64,000 nucleotides of DNA, taken from assembly GCF_009914755.1 (NCBI RefSeq), contig NC_060932.1; one strand, 5' to 3'. The translations under genes and the position numbers were made by a program. Below, one piece after another: positions 51,400 through 63,790 of the stretch (positions are counted from its first letter, which is position 1; every line of letters starts with the position of its first letter). The notes beneath the pieces are model-generated. The model saw only the letters and a list, made by a program, of their open reading frames with translations, was not told the origin of the DNA and searched no databases. Source of the stretch: the human T2T-CHM13v2.0 reference genome, Homo sapiens.

Positions 51400-54220
51400 G
51401 TGGAGGTGACGCTGGTGACCATGGGTGACCGGTGGTCATTGTGATGACTGTGAAGGGACAGTAAAGGTGACGGTTGTGGTGACAGTGGTGGTAATGACTG
51501 TGCTGTTAATGGCAGTGGTGGTGGTGGTGGTGATGATGGAGGTGATGGTAGTGATGCAGTCATCACTGTGGTTTTGATGATGACGGTGGTGGTGGTGGTC
51601 GTGGTCATAGTGATGGTGGTGGTAGTGATGGTTGTGTGGTTTTGATGATGGAGGTGGGGTGGTGGTGGTGATGATGGGGTGGTGGTAGTGATGTTTGTGT
51701 GGTTTTGACGATGGAGGTGGGGTGGTGGTGGTGATGATGGGGTGGTGGTAGTGATGTTTGTGTGGTTTTGACGATGGAGGTGGGGTGGTGGTGGTGATGG
51801 TGATGTGGTGGTGGTGGTGATGGTGGTGGCGGTGATGGCGATGGTGGGGTGGTGGTAGTGATGACTGTGTGGTTTTGACGATGGAGGTGGGGTGGTGGTG
51901 GTGATGGTGATGTGGTGGTGGTGGTGATGGTGGTGGCGGTGATGGCGATGGTGGGGTGGTGGTAGTGATGACTGTGTGGTTTTGACGATGGAGGTGGGGT
52001 GGTGGTGGTGATGATGGGGTGGTGGTAGTGATGTTTGTGTGGTTTTGACGATGGAGGTGGGGTGGTGGTGGTGATGGTGAGGGTGATGTGGTGGTGGTGA
52101 TGGTGGTGGCGGTGATGGCGATGGCGGGGTGGTGGTAGTGATGGCTGTGTGGTTTTGATGATGGAGGTAGGGTGGTGGTGATGATGGGATGGTGATAGTG
52201 ATGGTTGTGTGGTTTTGATGACAGTGGTGGTGGTGATGGTGGTCGGGGTGGGGGTGATGATGGGGTTGTGGTAGTAATGGTTGCGTGATTTTGATGACGG
52301 AGGTGAGGTGGTGGGGGTGATTATGGAGTGGTGGTGGTGATGATGGGGTGGTGGTAGTAATGGTTGCGTGGTTTTGATGATGACAGTGGAGGTGGTGGTG
52401 GTGGTGATGGTGATAGTGGTGATGGTGATGGTGGTGGTGCTGGTGGTGATGATGGGGTGGCGGTAATGATTGTGTGGTTTTGATTATGACAGTGGTGATG
52501 GTGATGGTGGGGTAGTGATGGTGATGGTGGTGGTGATGGGGAGGTGGTAGTAATGGTTGCGTGGTTTTGATGATGACAGTGGTGGTGATGGTGGTGGTGG
52601 TGGTGGTGATGGTGGTGGTGGTGGTGATGATGGGGTGGTGGTAATGATTGTATGGTTTTGATGATGACAGTGGTGATGGTGATGATGGGGTGGTATTGAT
52701 GGCTGTGTGGTTTTGATGACGGAGGTGGGGTAGAGGTTGTGATTATGGGGTGGTGGTAGTGATGATGGGGTGGTGGTAGTAATGGTTGTGTGGTTTTGAG
52801 GATGGAGGTAGGGTGGTGGGGTGATTATGGGGTGGTGGTGGTGATGATGGGGTGGTGGTAGTAATGATTGTGTGGTTTTGATGATGACGGTGGTGGTGGA
52901 GGTGATGGTGGTGATGGTGGTGGTGATGGTGGGGGTGGTGGTGGTGATGGTGGTGATGGTGGTGGTGGTGATGGTGGTGGTGATGGTGGTGGTGGTGGTG
53001 GTGGTGATGATGGGGTTGTGGTAGTGATGGTTGTGTGGTTTTGATGGTGGCAGTGGTGGTGGTGATGGTGATGATGGGATGGTGGTAGTAATGGTGTGTG
53101 GTTTTGATGATGAAGGTGGGGTGGTGGGGGTGATGATGTGGTGGTGGTGGAGATGATGGGGTGGTAATAGTGATTATGGGGTGGTGGTGGTGATGATGGG
53201 ATGGTGGTCGTAATGGTTGTGTGGTTTTGATGATGAAGGTGGGGTGGTGGTGGCGGTGGTGGTGGTGATGATGGGGTGGTGGTAATGACTGTGTGGTTTT
53301 GATGATGACAGTGGTGATGGTGGGGTAGCGTTAGTAATGGTGTGTGGTTTTGATGATGAAGGTGGGGTGGTGGGGGTGATGATGGGGTGGCGGTGGAGAT
53401 GATGGGGTGGTAATAGTGATTATGGGGTGGTGGTGGTGATGATGGGATGGTGGTAGTAATGGTTGTGTGGTTTTGATGATGAAGGTGAGGTGGTGGTGGT
53501 GGTGGTGATGGTGGTGGTGATGGTGGTGGTAGTGGTGGTGATGATGGGGTGGTGGTAATGATTGTGTGGTTTTGATGATGACAGTGGTGATGATGGGGTG
53601 GCGTTAGTGATGGTTGTGTGGTTTTGAGGATGGAGGCAGAGGTGGTGGTGGTGGTGGTGATAGGATGGTGGTACTGATGGTTGTGTGGTTTTGATGATGG
53701 GGTGGTGGCTGTAGTGAAGATGGGGATGGTGACGGTGGTGATGGTGGTGATGGTGATGCTGGGGCTGGTGGTAGTGAGGGTCGCATTGTTGGTAGTGTAT
53801 GGTTTTGGTGCTGATGATGGGGTTGGTAGTGGTGGTGGTTGTGATATAGTGGCAGAAAGAGTGGTATTTATGATGTTGATGGTGTCATGGATGGTGGTGA
53901 AGGTGTGGTAGCAATGGTTGTGTTGTTGATGATGACAGAGTGGGTGTTGCTGCTGTTGGTGGTAGTGACAGTACTGTTGATGGCATGATGCTGATGGTCG
54001 TGTCTTGAGGTGATGATTGTGGTGTGATGAAGGCGGATGGTATTGTTGGTAGTGGTGGTGAGACCTGGTGGTAATGATGGTGTTGATAACACATGGAGGG
54101 GGTGGTGGCGATGGTGACAGTGGTGGTCCTGGTTGTATTGTAGATGGTGTTGATAGTGATTGGCCTCAGTGGTAGCTATGAGGGTGGAGGCTGTGGTGAC
54201 AAGTGGTGGTGGTGGTAGGC
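51400..54220 (+). repeat. About 2.8-kb (GGT/GAT)n low-complexity array with a recurring spacer
   Basis: ggtggtgatg runs punctuated by gttgtgtggttttgatga. Confidence 0.95.
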
Positions 54221-57200
54221 CCAGCTCTTAGGTGAATTTGCAGCCCAAGCCCCCTGAGGGAAGCGAGACCCCCCATGACACAGTTAAGGAACCAGAGCCC
54301 AGCAGCCATGCAGATGGCAGGCCAGGTGGGTGAGGAAATGGCGGGAGAGCCAAGGGAGCGCTTCCGAGGTCATGGCGGTCTGGGAGGAGATGAGGCTGGG
54401 CTGGCTGTAATGGGGGGAAGGTTTGGGATCTGCTAGAGCCAGGGCAGAGCTCGTGGGGGTGCCCAGTGCCCAGTACAGGGCCTGGCACAGGCCAGGCCAG
54501 GGAGGCACCTGCTGAGTGAGTGAGAGACTGTGCTGGCCCTTTGACCTTGCCACTGGGTACCAATGGCTGGAGCGTAAAAGGGTGTGAGGTCTGGGCAGTG
54601 GCCCCCTGCCAGCAGGGGTAGGTGACAGGCCAGGCAGAGCAGGGCTGCAGGTGCAGCAGGTGCGGGTCTGCATGAGGCAAGACGGCTCGGGCAGGCTTCT
54701 GAGTGCCAGCCTCCTGCTGGGGAGGGGCAGCAGGTGCGGGTCTGCAGGACCCCAGCCCTCCTGCTCCAGGTCACTTCTCTGCCAGGCTGGGCAGCCAGCA
54801 CCCTGCCCTCTTCAGGAGCTCCATTCTGCCTGGCAGACAGCCTGGGGCCTCTGTGCCTCTGCCCAGGTGGATAAGTAGGTCAGGAGAAGAGCTGCTGGAC
54901 CCTGGGGAGGGCTGGGTTTCCAGCCCAGGGGTATCCCATGGCCAGGAGCCCTGACTCAGTGTGGCGGCGCCAGGTGGGAGCCAGGAGATTGGCATCTTGC
55001 ATCGTGAGGAACATGAGAAGCCCTGGAGGCCCTGGATGTGGACCTGTCGGTGCTGAGGGAGGCTCAGACATGGGCAGCTCTGGGAGAAGCCCAGGAGCCA
55101 GCCTCATAGACAGGGCACCAAGCCTGAGCAGGCTCCAGCATCATCTGGCAAGCTGGGTTCAGTAAGACCCAGGTCAGGCAGGTGTTCAAATGCCAAGGTC
55201 GATGGGTCACAGCGACCAGGATCTCCTCAGGACCCCAGGTAATTGCCCCCAGGCCCTGAGCTTGGAGGGGCTAGAGCTGACCCAGGCCTGCCCTGGAGAG
55301 CCTCACAGACTGGCAGCCAGACAGGGGCTGGGCATGGAGTGGGAGTCAAGGAGGCTTCTTAGGGGAGGCAGTGGCTCCAGGAGCCCTGGAGGGGGAGGCT
55401 AATCACACAGGATGCGGGGCCTGTGGCCAGGGGACCAGCCAGGACCAGGGCCTGGAGGCAGCAGAGGGCGTGTGTTTGCTGGGTTACCTGCTGGGCTGGC
55501 CTGTGCAGGCAGGGCCACCAGGGGCAGGCCCACCAGAGGCAGGGCCACCAGGGCCAAGGGAGGCCCCTCTGGGATGGTCGCGGGGGGCTCTGGCTGCTGG
55601 GTGAGGCAGAACACAGGGAGGGGAGCCCAGCACAGCGGTGGGGAAGGGTCTGGCTGAGGGTCAGGAGCAATGCCCAGGAGCTCATGGAAGGGCAGGGGGG
55701 AAGTCTGGTTATCCAGGTAGACTTCCTGGAGGAGGACACAATGCCAGTCTTGATCTATGGCCAAGAAGTCAATGGGCAGAGGTGGGAGCCAGGCACTCCT
55801 GATGGATGAAGCATGACTAAGGGGCTTGTACCTAGGGGTGATCGAGCCGCGTGTTGGTTTAAGGGGCACTGGGGAGGCCAGCCCATTAAGGCTCCTGAGG
55901 CCAGGCCTAGAAGCCGAAGCCTCTGCCTGCAGAGACACCATTTCCACTCCCTGCCTAGCGCCTGAACTCCCCCACTGCGGTGTGCTGTGCCCACTCCTGG
56001 CTTCTTTCTGTTATGTGGGAGGACACCCTGTGAGTCATTCACACTAGAGTGTGAATTAGCCCATCAAATCCAAGGGGACCCCGACAGCGCACAGTCCCAT
56101 AATAGCACCTGCTTCGTGGGCCGGCAGGAGGCATCGTGAATGCAGTGAAGGCTCTGGCTTGGTGGGTGGGTGGGTGGGTGGGCTCTTAGAGCGCCCTCCC
56201 CGTCACTGTCCCCTTGTGTCCCATGAATGAGTAGGCCCTGTGCGGGCACTGTGCCTCTGCCATCCCATGGACAGGTGCGGGGTGAGGATCTGGGCACATT
56301 TCACAGGAGGAAGCTGAGCTCCGAGGGTGAGAATAGAGCTGGCTGCTGGACCCCCTGCCGGGCTGGACAAGCATCGTCTAGGCGCTTGCCGGGGGTGCAG
56401 GGCAGGGGCCCCAAGAGCACAGGAGCCACAGTGGGCTCTCCCAAGGCCTCCTACCTGCCCCGGACTCAGTGGAGGTGCCTGTGGGGGCTGCCCGAGCAGG
56501 GCTGGGCCCAGGTCCTTCCCCATAGCCAGCTGGGGAGGCCTTCTCTGAGCTGCCCTCCCCTGGGAGATGGGGACAAGGTTGTGGCCCTGCACTGGGGCTG
56601 AGGGCGACGTGAGGTGGGGATCCACACTGGGTTGGGAGCTGTCTGGGAGCTGCGGCCATTGCTGGGTTTGGAGGGGTCTGCTGGGAGCCGTGGTTACTGA
56701 CGGGACTGTGGCAGAGGAGAGAGTTGGGAGGTTGGGTGAGGGAGGTTGGGGCCAGTCCCTGCGGGCCCTGGGAGCACTGTGGCCTTTGCTCTGAGTGAAG
56801 AGGGAACCGCTGGAGGGCTCTAAGCTGAGGGCCATGCGGCCTGACATATTTCAAATGACTGGCGCCCTGGGAAGCCAGGCGAAGGAGGGCAAGGGGCGGC
56901 GGCCACAGTAGCCAGGGGCACGGGTGGTGGCTGTGGAGGGTGGGCACTGTGGGGCTCTCCATGCATTTTCAGATAAAGGCTGGTGGGATTAGCTGGTGGG
57001 CAGCTGCAGGGAGGTGGGGGAGGTGAAGCGGGGACCCAAGGCTCCGGGTGAGCGATGGCAGGCTGGCCGTGCCCTCCCCATTCATTCACGCGCAGGCGTC
57101 CTGGCTGTGCGCCCTACCTTAGTGGCGCCTGTGGGCGCCTGTGGGACTGTCATGCACCAGAATGTGTCCCTGGGGCCACATGTGTGAGCAGCGTGCTGAC

Positions 57201-57965
57201 TGAGCACCTGGGCGACCCCGAGGTGGAGTAAACAGAACCAGAACTTGTCCCTTGGGTTTCTTGGCACGGAGGTCCTTGGCGACCTTGGCAGGAGCCGAGT
57301 GGGAGGAGTCCCAATGGTGGCGGTCACTGGTGGTCTGCAGAGGGGTGGGCAGTGGCTGGACCTGTCATGGGGCCCTATCTAAGGGGAAAGGCACAGCCCT
57401 GCCCTGGGATTCCTGTCTGAGGGTCCCAGGTCGCTCTAGGTCCCCACTCCTCTTGGGCAGGAAGGGGACCTGCTGTAGCAAGGCCCCTGCTCAGCTGGTC
57501 CTGGGTGGTGTCACTGCCCCAGCTCCTGCTCTCACCCTGGACACATGGGGGTGGGGAGCAGGTGTAACTGACCCAGATTCCTCAGGCCTGGGCTCAGGAG
57601 GGGACCTCGCTCTGTGACCCAGATATTCCAAGTTTCTGTAGCTGACGAGAGGTGGCAAATGGTCTCCCACGTGCGGGAGCAGTCGCTGTGTGCGAGGAGG
57701 GAATGACTTGCCTGTTTGCAGAGATGGGAACAGGTGCCCCCTGCAGCAGGAAGGATTTCAGTCAGACTTTCGGGGGAACTTCCAGATGTTGTAAGTCAGG
57801 ATCTGGTACAAGAGGATGCGTCCCAGAGATTTTGTTGAAAGAGGGAGGTCTGAGGCTTTGCCACCTTGCCTAAGTCGACATGCATCCAAGATGCACACAA
57901 GGGCCTCAGTTCAGGGCCCAGCCCTCCATCTGTCCTGCTAAAGGCCAGTCCTTGACTGAGGTCTA

Positions 57966-59329
57966 GTGCAGCAAGGGAGGCTCGGGTAACTCCCAGGAAA
58001 CCTGCATTGGCTGAGTTTATTTCCTGGCTCAGGATGGGTCTCAGGTTGCCCCTGACGGTCCCTTGCAGACCTGCATTTCAGTCAAGGTTCAGATGTTGCA
58101 GGCCCTGGGTGGGAGGGGGCAGGCAGCCAGACACATAAAAACTGGATTCCAGGCCCACTGCTGTCTTGCTGTGTGAACTTGGACAATCGCTGCTTCCCTG
58201 AGCCTTGGTTTCTTTATTTACAAAGCTGACCTAAGGGTTCCTGCAGAAATCAAATGATAAACTGCCAGAAAGCCCTTAGCACAGAGTAGAAGCCATTATC
58301 GTGGAGGTGCAGGGAAGGGTGAGGAGAAGGGTCCCTGTCCCTGGGCTGTGTGTTGGGAGGCTGTTCCCCTGACACATGCTGCCAAGGCCTGTGGAGCCAG
58401 GAGGACGGAGGAGGTAGAGAGGCTGAGGAGGGCACCTGCACTGCAGGCCTGCAGGGTCCCAGTGAACCCCACCCCAGGATCCAGGCCCTTACAGAATGGC
58501 CGGGAGCTTCCTGCTTCCAGAGCTGCCAGCCTGACCAGCTAGCTCTCTGGACCAGGGGCAGGTGCCTCCTTGGGCCTTCCATGGCCTGACCCTCAGCAGA
58601 GTAGGCAGCAGCCCGTCTCTCTCCCTGCCCCCAGAGGCCGATAAACGACTCAGCACCCACAGCAGGAGCCCTGGGGGCCGGGTGCTGGCTCCCAGGCTGG
58701 CCTTCTCCCAGGCAGTGGTGGACAGCTGTCGGCCTGGCGCCCTGCAGACTGGCCAGTGCGGCTGGGAACCAGCCAGGCTGCTGGCCCCAGCCAGCCCGGC
58801 TCCCTGCACCCTCGAAGTGCTCCCAGCAACCCTCAGGCAGTTGAGCAGAGGGCTGAGGTTGTGCTGTGCCTGGCCTGGGTTGTGCTGTGCCTGGCCCTTG
58901 AGAAGCAGAGCTGTGACTGGAAACCCAGTATCAGCTGCACAGGGAAAAGCGGTCTGCAGGACTCTTCCTGGGGTGCCCTCTGGCCTGTACTGTGCTGGCC
59001 ATCTTGGTGTCTGGTCAAAGGCTGGCAGGCATAGACCACAACCGCACACCCATCCCCAGGCACGGGGATGGGCCCTCTCGGTGGGAGATGGAGGCTCAGG
59101 GAGGCAGCGATTATCCAACGTCACATAGCAAGACAGCGGTGGGCCTGGATTCCAGTTTTTATGTGTCTGGCTGCATGCCCCCTCCCACCCGGGGCCTACA
59201 GCTGAACCTTGACTTGAACTGCAGGTCTGCAAGGGACTGTCAGAGATAACCTGAGACCCATCCCAAGCCAGGAAATAAACTCAGCCAATGCAGGTTTCCT
59301 GGGAGTTACCTGAGCCTCCCTTGCTGCAC
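57966..59329. repeat. Inverted duplication; arms 57966-58205 and 59092-59329
   Basis: About 240-nt arms, about 90% complementary by manual alignment, 45-nt perfect run; inner ends MIR-like. Confidence 0.95.
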
Positions 59330-61159
59330 AGCCACCAGCCAGGGCTTAGCGGCTCTGTGCCTGGGGTGGGTCTCAGGTCCCTGCTCCACCTGTTCCTCTC
59401 CAGCATGGGGACAGTGGCTTCTGCCCTGGAGGGTGTAGGGGATGGACACAGGTGGTGAGTGGGATGTTCCTTGTGCACCTGAATGAGACCTTGGAAAACC
59501 CTCTGGCCAGGATGTAGGATCTGGGGTGTCATTTGGAGCACCAGGACTTTCCAGGGACCCCACGCTCCCTTTCCTGTTCTGTCCATAGCCCCAAAGCCTG
59601 CCTGGGTCCAGGATTCTATTCTGTGGTTATCAGGATCTGCACTCTGCTCAGGGAGAGGGTGGAAGGGTCTCTCTGCCCCAGGTCTATGACTTTTCGGCCA
59701 TCCTGTGTTGCGGACGCAGAACAGCCTGGGTCCCTGGCCGCCATCGCAGTGGCTGGGTAAGTGTGGAGGATGGCTGCCCTTTGGAGCCTGCGAAGGTCAC
59801 GTGGGCTGAGGCCCCTGGCACAGACAGAGGCATCCTCTGAGCCTGACCGTGCTGCAGGGCCCTTCCAGGCTCCCACGTGCCTCTGTGGCTTCCTTTTACG
59901 GAGGATGCTGGAGATGGGTGAGCCTCATGCTTCTAAACCCTGGCCCGTGAAACAGGATCCTGGCCTCACACCGCACTTGAGAGGGGAGGGGGCTTCCCAG
60001 GGTCACAGAGCCCAGAGCCAGCCCTGCAGAACCTCAGGCCGGCTCCCGGGCCTCCTCTCAGCTCTGCCTTGTCTGTGATCTCCGCCACAGTTTTCCTTCT
60101 CTGTAAAACAGGAGCAGGTCCTTCCCCTAGGAGGCGGAGAAGATGCAAGAGATAAAAGCAGATGCTAAGGGCATTCTCAGGGGTCTCCCCCGCCAGCCAG
60201 CGGCTCACAGCTTGTCCCTTCTCCCCTGGGCCCGAATCTCAGGAAGTGCTGCTGCTGAGGGAGATTGAGCAACATCCCCAATTCAATAGAGGCTGCTCTG
60301 GGCTATCAGACATGGGCACTGGTGACCCATGCTTGCTCTGAGCCCGGCCCTGTGCCGCTCAGCGCTGTCCAGAGTGGAGTGGGTGCTTCCCTCTGGACAC
60401 CCCCACCCCCATTTTAAAGATGAGGAGACTGAAGCAAGAGGTGGTATAGGTAACTTCCCAAGGTCACATAGCTAGGATAGGACACAGCCGAGGCACAAAG
60501 TCAGGTGTCTGATCAGAGGCGGCTTTTCGTGTGGGGTCAGGGCTGCGTGTGGGGGTGGCTCTCCAGGCTCCTCTGGGGATAGCAGGCTGGAGAGAGCGCC
60601 AGCCACAGGGCACCGGGGCAGGTCCCTTCTGACTCCTAGCCTCAGCCCCCGTTGGTACAGTGGGGACCGGATGGAAGAGGTGAGCTGAAGACTCTGCAAG
60701 GCACCTTGCCGCACTCGTTCCTGGGTGGGGAATGGGGTAAAACTGCAGCATGGAGGCTCTAGGGCAGACCATAGGAAGACCCTCGACTTGGGCTTTTCTC
60801 CTGAAGTCCGGGGGCAGGGGCTGTGTCCCGGCTACTTAGGGAGGAATGAGGCCTTTTCAGCCGTGGGTTCAGAAGGAGACCAGCAGCTGGGGCTCCTGCA
60901 GCTGCAGAGCTGCACCCACAAGCTCTTGGGGCTCATCTTTTCAGGAGGCCTGGAGTCCCTCCTCCACCAGGCAGGCCCAGGACCTTGGGTGGGGCTGGGG
61001 ACTCAGCCTCAGAGAGGGCCTCCTGGGCAGTTTCTGCAAGCCAAGCCCCAGCAGGCAGGAAGGCAGGCCCGGCTCCAGGGCCAGGTCTGTGAAGGAGGGA
61101 CACGGTGGCTTCCGGACAGGAGGGCTGCCTTGAAGGGTGGGGGAATTCGGCTCCAAAGC

Positions 61160-61252
61160 AGGAGGAGGAGGAAGAGGAGGCGGAGGAGGAAGAGGAGGAG
61201 GTGGAGGAGGAAGAACAGGAGGAGGAGGTTGGGGGTGGAGAGGAGGAGGAGG
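61160..61252 (+). repeat. (GAG)n purine-rich tract
   Basis: ggaggaggaggaagaggagg run. Confidence 0.85.
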
Positions 61253-61319
61253 GGTTTGCAGAGCAGGTCAGTCCCTGGTGCACCAAGTAACAAGTCCTGT
61301 GCTTAAATGCGTGCTCAGA

Positions 61320-62400
61320 TGAAAAGCGGGGCAGTCGCGGCCCGTAGACAGCGGGCGGCTGGGTCAGACCGCAGAGGGAAGTTTCCAGCGGCAAGCCTCC
61401 CCGCGGGGAAGGCTGTGTCTGTCCCAGGAGATGAGCCGCAGGCACCAGGGGTGATGAGGCCCGGGGGAGGTGGATGTGGGGGATGGAGCGGTCCCAAGGT
61501 CGTCAGCTCCAGCCGGCGCCCTGGGCCGCGGGGCCGGAGAGCTCCGGAGCGGACCCTCGCCGCGCTCCGAACCCGCCCCGCGCCCCCAGGCCACACCCGG
61601 CTCGCACCCTCCCCGCTCCACGTGCGCCCACGCGCCCCTCCGGGCCTCCCCCTCCTTCCCGCGCGGGCCGGGGGCGCGGGCCCCGGAGGAGCTGGGGGCG
61701 GCGGGGGCGCGGGGCGGGCGACTGCCGGGCCCCGGGCCAGCTCTCGCCCCCCGCCCCGCCCCCGATCGCTCGGCTCCCCCGCCCGGCGCTCCCTCGGGCT
61801 GCGCTCCGCGGCTCTCGGCGGCGGCGGCGGCGGGCGCAGAGCGCGGCATGGGCGCCCGGGCCGCGGGGCCTGGCGGCGGCGGGCGGACGGGCGCGCGGCT
61901 GCGGGCGCAGGTGCGGGGCGGCGGGCCGGGGCCGGGGCCGGGGCGCGGAGCCGCCGCTCGGGGGCCGGGGCGCCCGCGTCCCCGCCGCCGCTGACGCTCC
62001 GCCTGTCTCCCTCCCGTGTCCCGCCCGCCCCCAGACCCTCCTCCTCCGCCCCCCCGCAGCTCGGGCCCTGGTCGTGGCGCGGCTGCCGCACGGTGCCCCT
62101 CGACGCCCTCCGGACGCGCTGCCTCTGTGACCGGCTCTCCACCTTCGCCATCTTAGCCCAGCTCAGCGCCGACGCGGTGAGACCCCGGCCGGGCCGGCGG
62201 GAGGGGCGCCGGGCAGGGGCGCGGGCGGGGGCTGCCGGCGGGCCTGCGGGTGGGGAGGGCCCGCACCCGTCCTGTCCCGGAGGGGTCGCTGTGGCCCGCA
62301 GCCGCCGTGGCCTGGCCCGGCCGGCGGGGTCCATGCGCCTCTGGAGAGGGTGGGTGGGCGCCGAGCGGGTGGCAGTGTGGAGTTGGAGACGGGCCTGGGA
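61320..62400 (+). promoter_or_regulatory. ADGRB1: Intragenic CpG island / alternative promoter at the intron 17-exon 18 boundary
   Basis: Extreme CpG density, GC boxes, GGC repeat, Kozak ATG at 61848, donor-like CAG|GTGCGG at 61910/61911. Confidence 0.8.
62035..62176 (+). CDS. ADGRB1: Exon 18, GPS cleavage site (CDRL|STF) and Stachel sequence
   Basis: [47 protein letters not shown]; cccag| and |gtgaga; 142 nt. Confidence 0.96.
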
Positions 62401-63709
62401 GGAGTCGGGACCCCCGGAAAGTGGCTGATGGGTGGGTCCCATCTCCCCTGGCCTTGGAGGCCCGGGATCTCCGAGGGAGCCTGGGCCTGGGGAGAGGCTG
62501 GGTCCTGAGCCGGGGGCTGGGAGGCGTCGCCTGTGGAGGGGCTACCCTTTCCCTTGGTCCTCTCCGCCTGCCAGGGAGAGGGAGGAGGAGGAGCTGCCGC
62601 CTTGGCAGAGCCCTTCGACCCACCCCAAGTAGAGCCTGGTCCGTGGAGGAGGAGGTGGCGGTGGCCCCAGGCAGGGGCCCTGGCCCAGATCCACCGCCCC
62701 CCAGGCCTCAGCACCTCGGGGCTTCCTTTTTGTTCCTGTGATTCCTGTGGGGGCTGCCGGTTTCTATGGAGACGGCATCTGGGGTCAGCCGCTGGCAGGG
62801 GCCCTGGGTGCTGGGCGCAGCTCCCTGGGGCGGGTGGGCTCTCTTGCTTTGGGCCGGCCAAGCTGCACCCCCTGGCCTGAGGTGGGCCACAGCCCTCTAC
62901 TGGGGCCCAGGCCGAGGCCCAGGACAGCCCACAGAGCAGGAAAGGGCCTTGGGCGTGTGCTCACCAAGTAACCTCCGCCCAGACCTCGTGTGGAAGCCTG
63001 GGAGGCAGCAGGGGTGGAGGATGCACTTGGAGGGGACCTGTCCTTCCTGGGTGTTGGAGGTGGCATTGCTGGCCCTTGGGGAACCCCGGGTTCGATGTAG
63101 AAGGTAGCGCCTAGCCTCTCGGACACTCCAGCCTCCTGGCTGTGTTCTCTGGAAAAGTGGGGGGCAGGTGATGTTGGCAGCTGGGGTCTCCCACAGTGCC
63201 AGAGCCGGATGGGACCCTCCAGGCCATTGCCAGTAAAATCCTCTGTTGACAGGCAGGGAGACTGAGGCCCAGAGAGAGGGCCTTGCTCAAGGTCTTGGGT
63301 GAGTCTGGGCTGGACAGGGGTCTGTGTCCCTGACCATAGTGCACCCCTGCTTGGGCTGTCCCCTCAGGTGAGACTGTTGATGCTGCTGGTTCTGCAGACA
63401 GAGCCTGGCAGGCAGCAGTCTGAAGGGCCATCTCGGAGGCTCCCTGGAAGAGGTGGCCTTCTGTGTAGGAGGACATAGACATTATGGCTTTCACTGGGCA
63501 GCCTTTCTGGGCCCCTTCGAAGCTGGACCAGGCAAGGCAGGGCCCAGCCTCCAGTCTCCGGGTGCTGCTCTTCCTGTGGGTGTTCGAGGAGGACCTGGGC
63601 AGGAGAGAACCTGCTATGGTGTGTGCCCCATCTGCCCCTTCTCCCAGCCCGGTGTCAGGCCTGCAGCAGGTCAGTGTTGGAGTCTGAAAACACAGGCTTG
63701 TCTCTGACG

Positions 63710-63790
63710 AACTGTGACCCTGGACTGGCTCTGCCTTAAGTCCCTCTGAGCCTCAGTTTCCTCACCTGTAAAAGGGAGGGGACCTGGACT
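63710..63790. mobile_element. MIR fragment (similar ones near 12640, 17960, 30340, 30560, 35480, 39860, 40430, 47410, 60410)
   Basis: ctctgagcctcagtttcctcacctgtaaaagg MIR core. Confidence 0.6.

Larger units (their letters stand above)
50305..55126. repeat. Inverted duplication; arms about 50305-50452 and 54963-55126
   Basis: ccatgtctgagcctccctcagcac...agggcttctca.gttcctcac.atgcaaga matches the reverse complement of the distal arm; about 82% over the 112-nt core. Confidence 0.9.

Noticed and set aside
50355-60381. REST/NRSE-like motifs (tcagcacggacag near 50359; agcgctgtcc at 60361)
   Set aside because: Wrong spacing or half-site only
61105-61290. Poly-Glu ORF
   Set aside because: GAG simple repeat with no supported exon context
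61315-62442. 375-aa antisense ORF over exon 18
   Set aside because: CpG-island stop depletion; no recognisable protein
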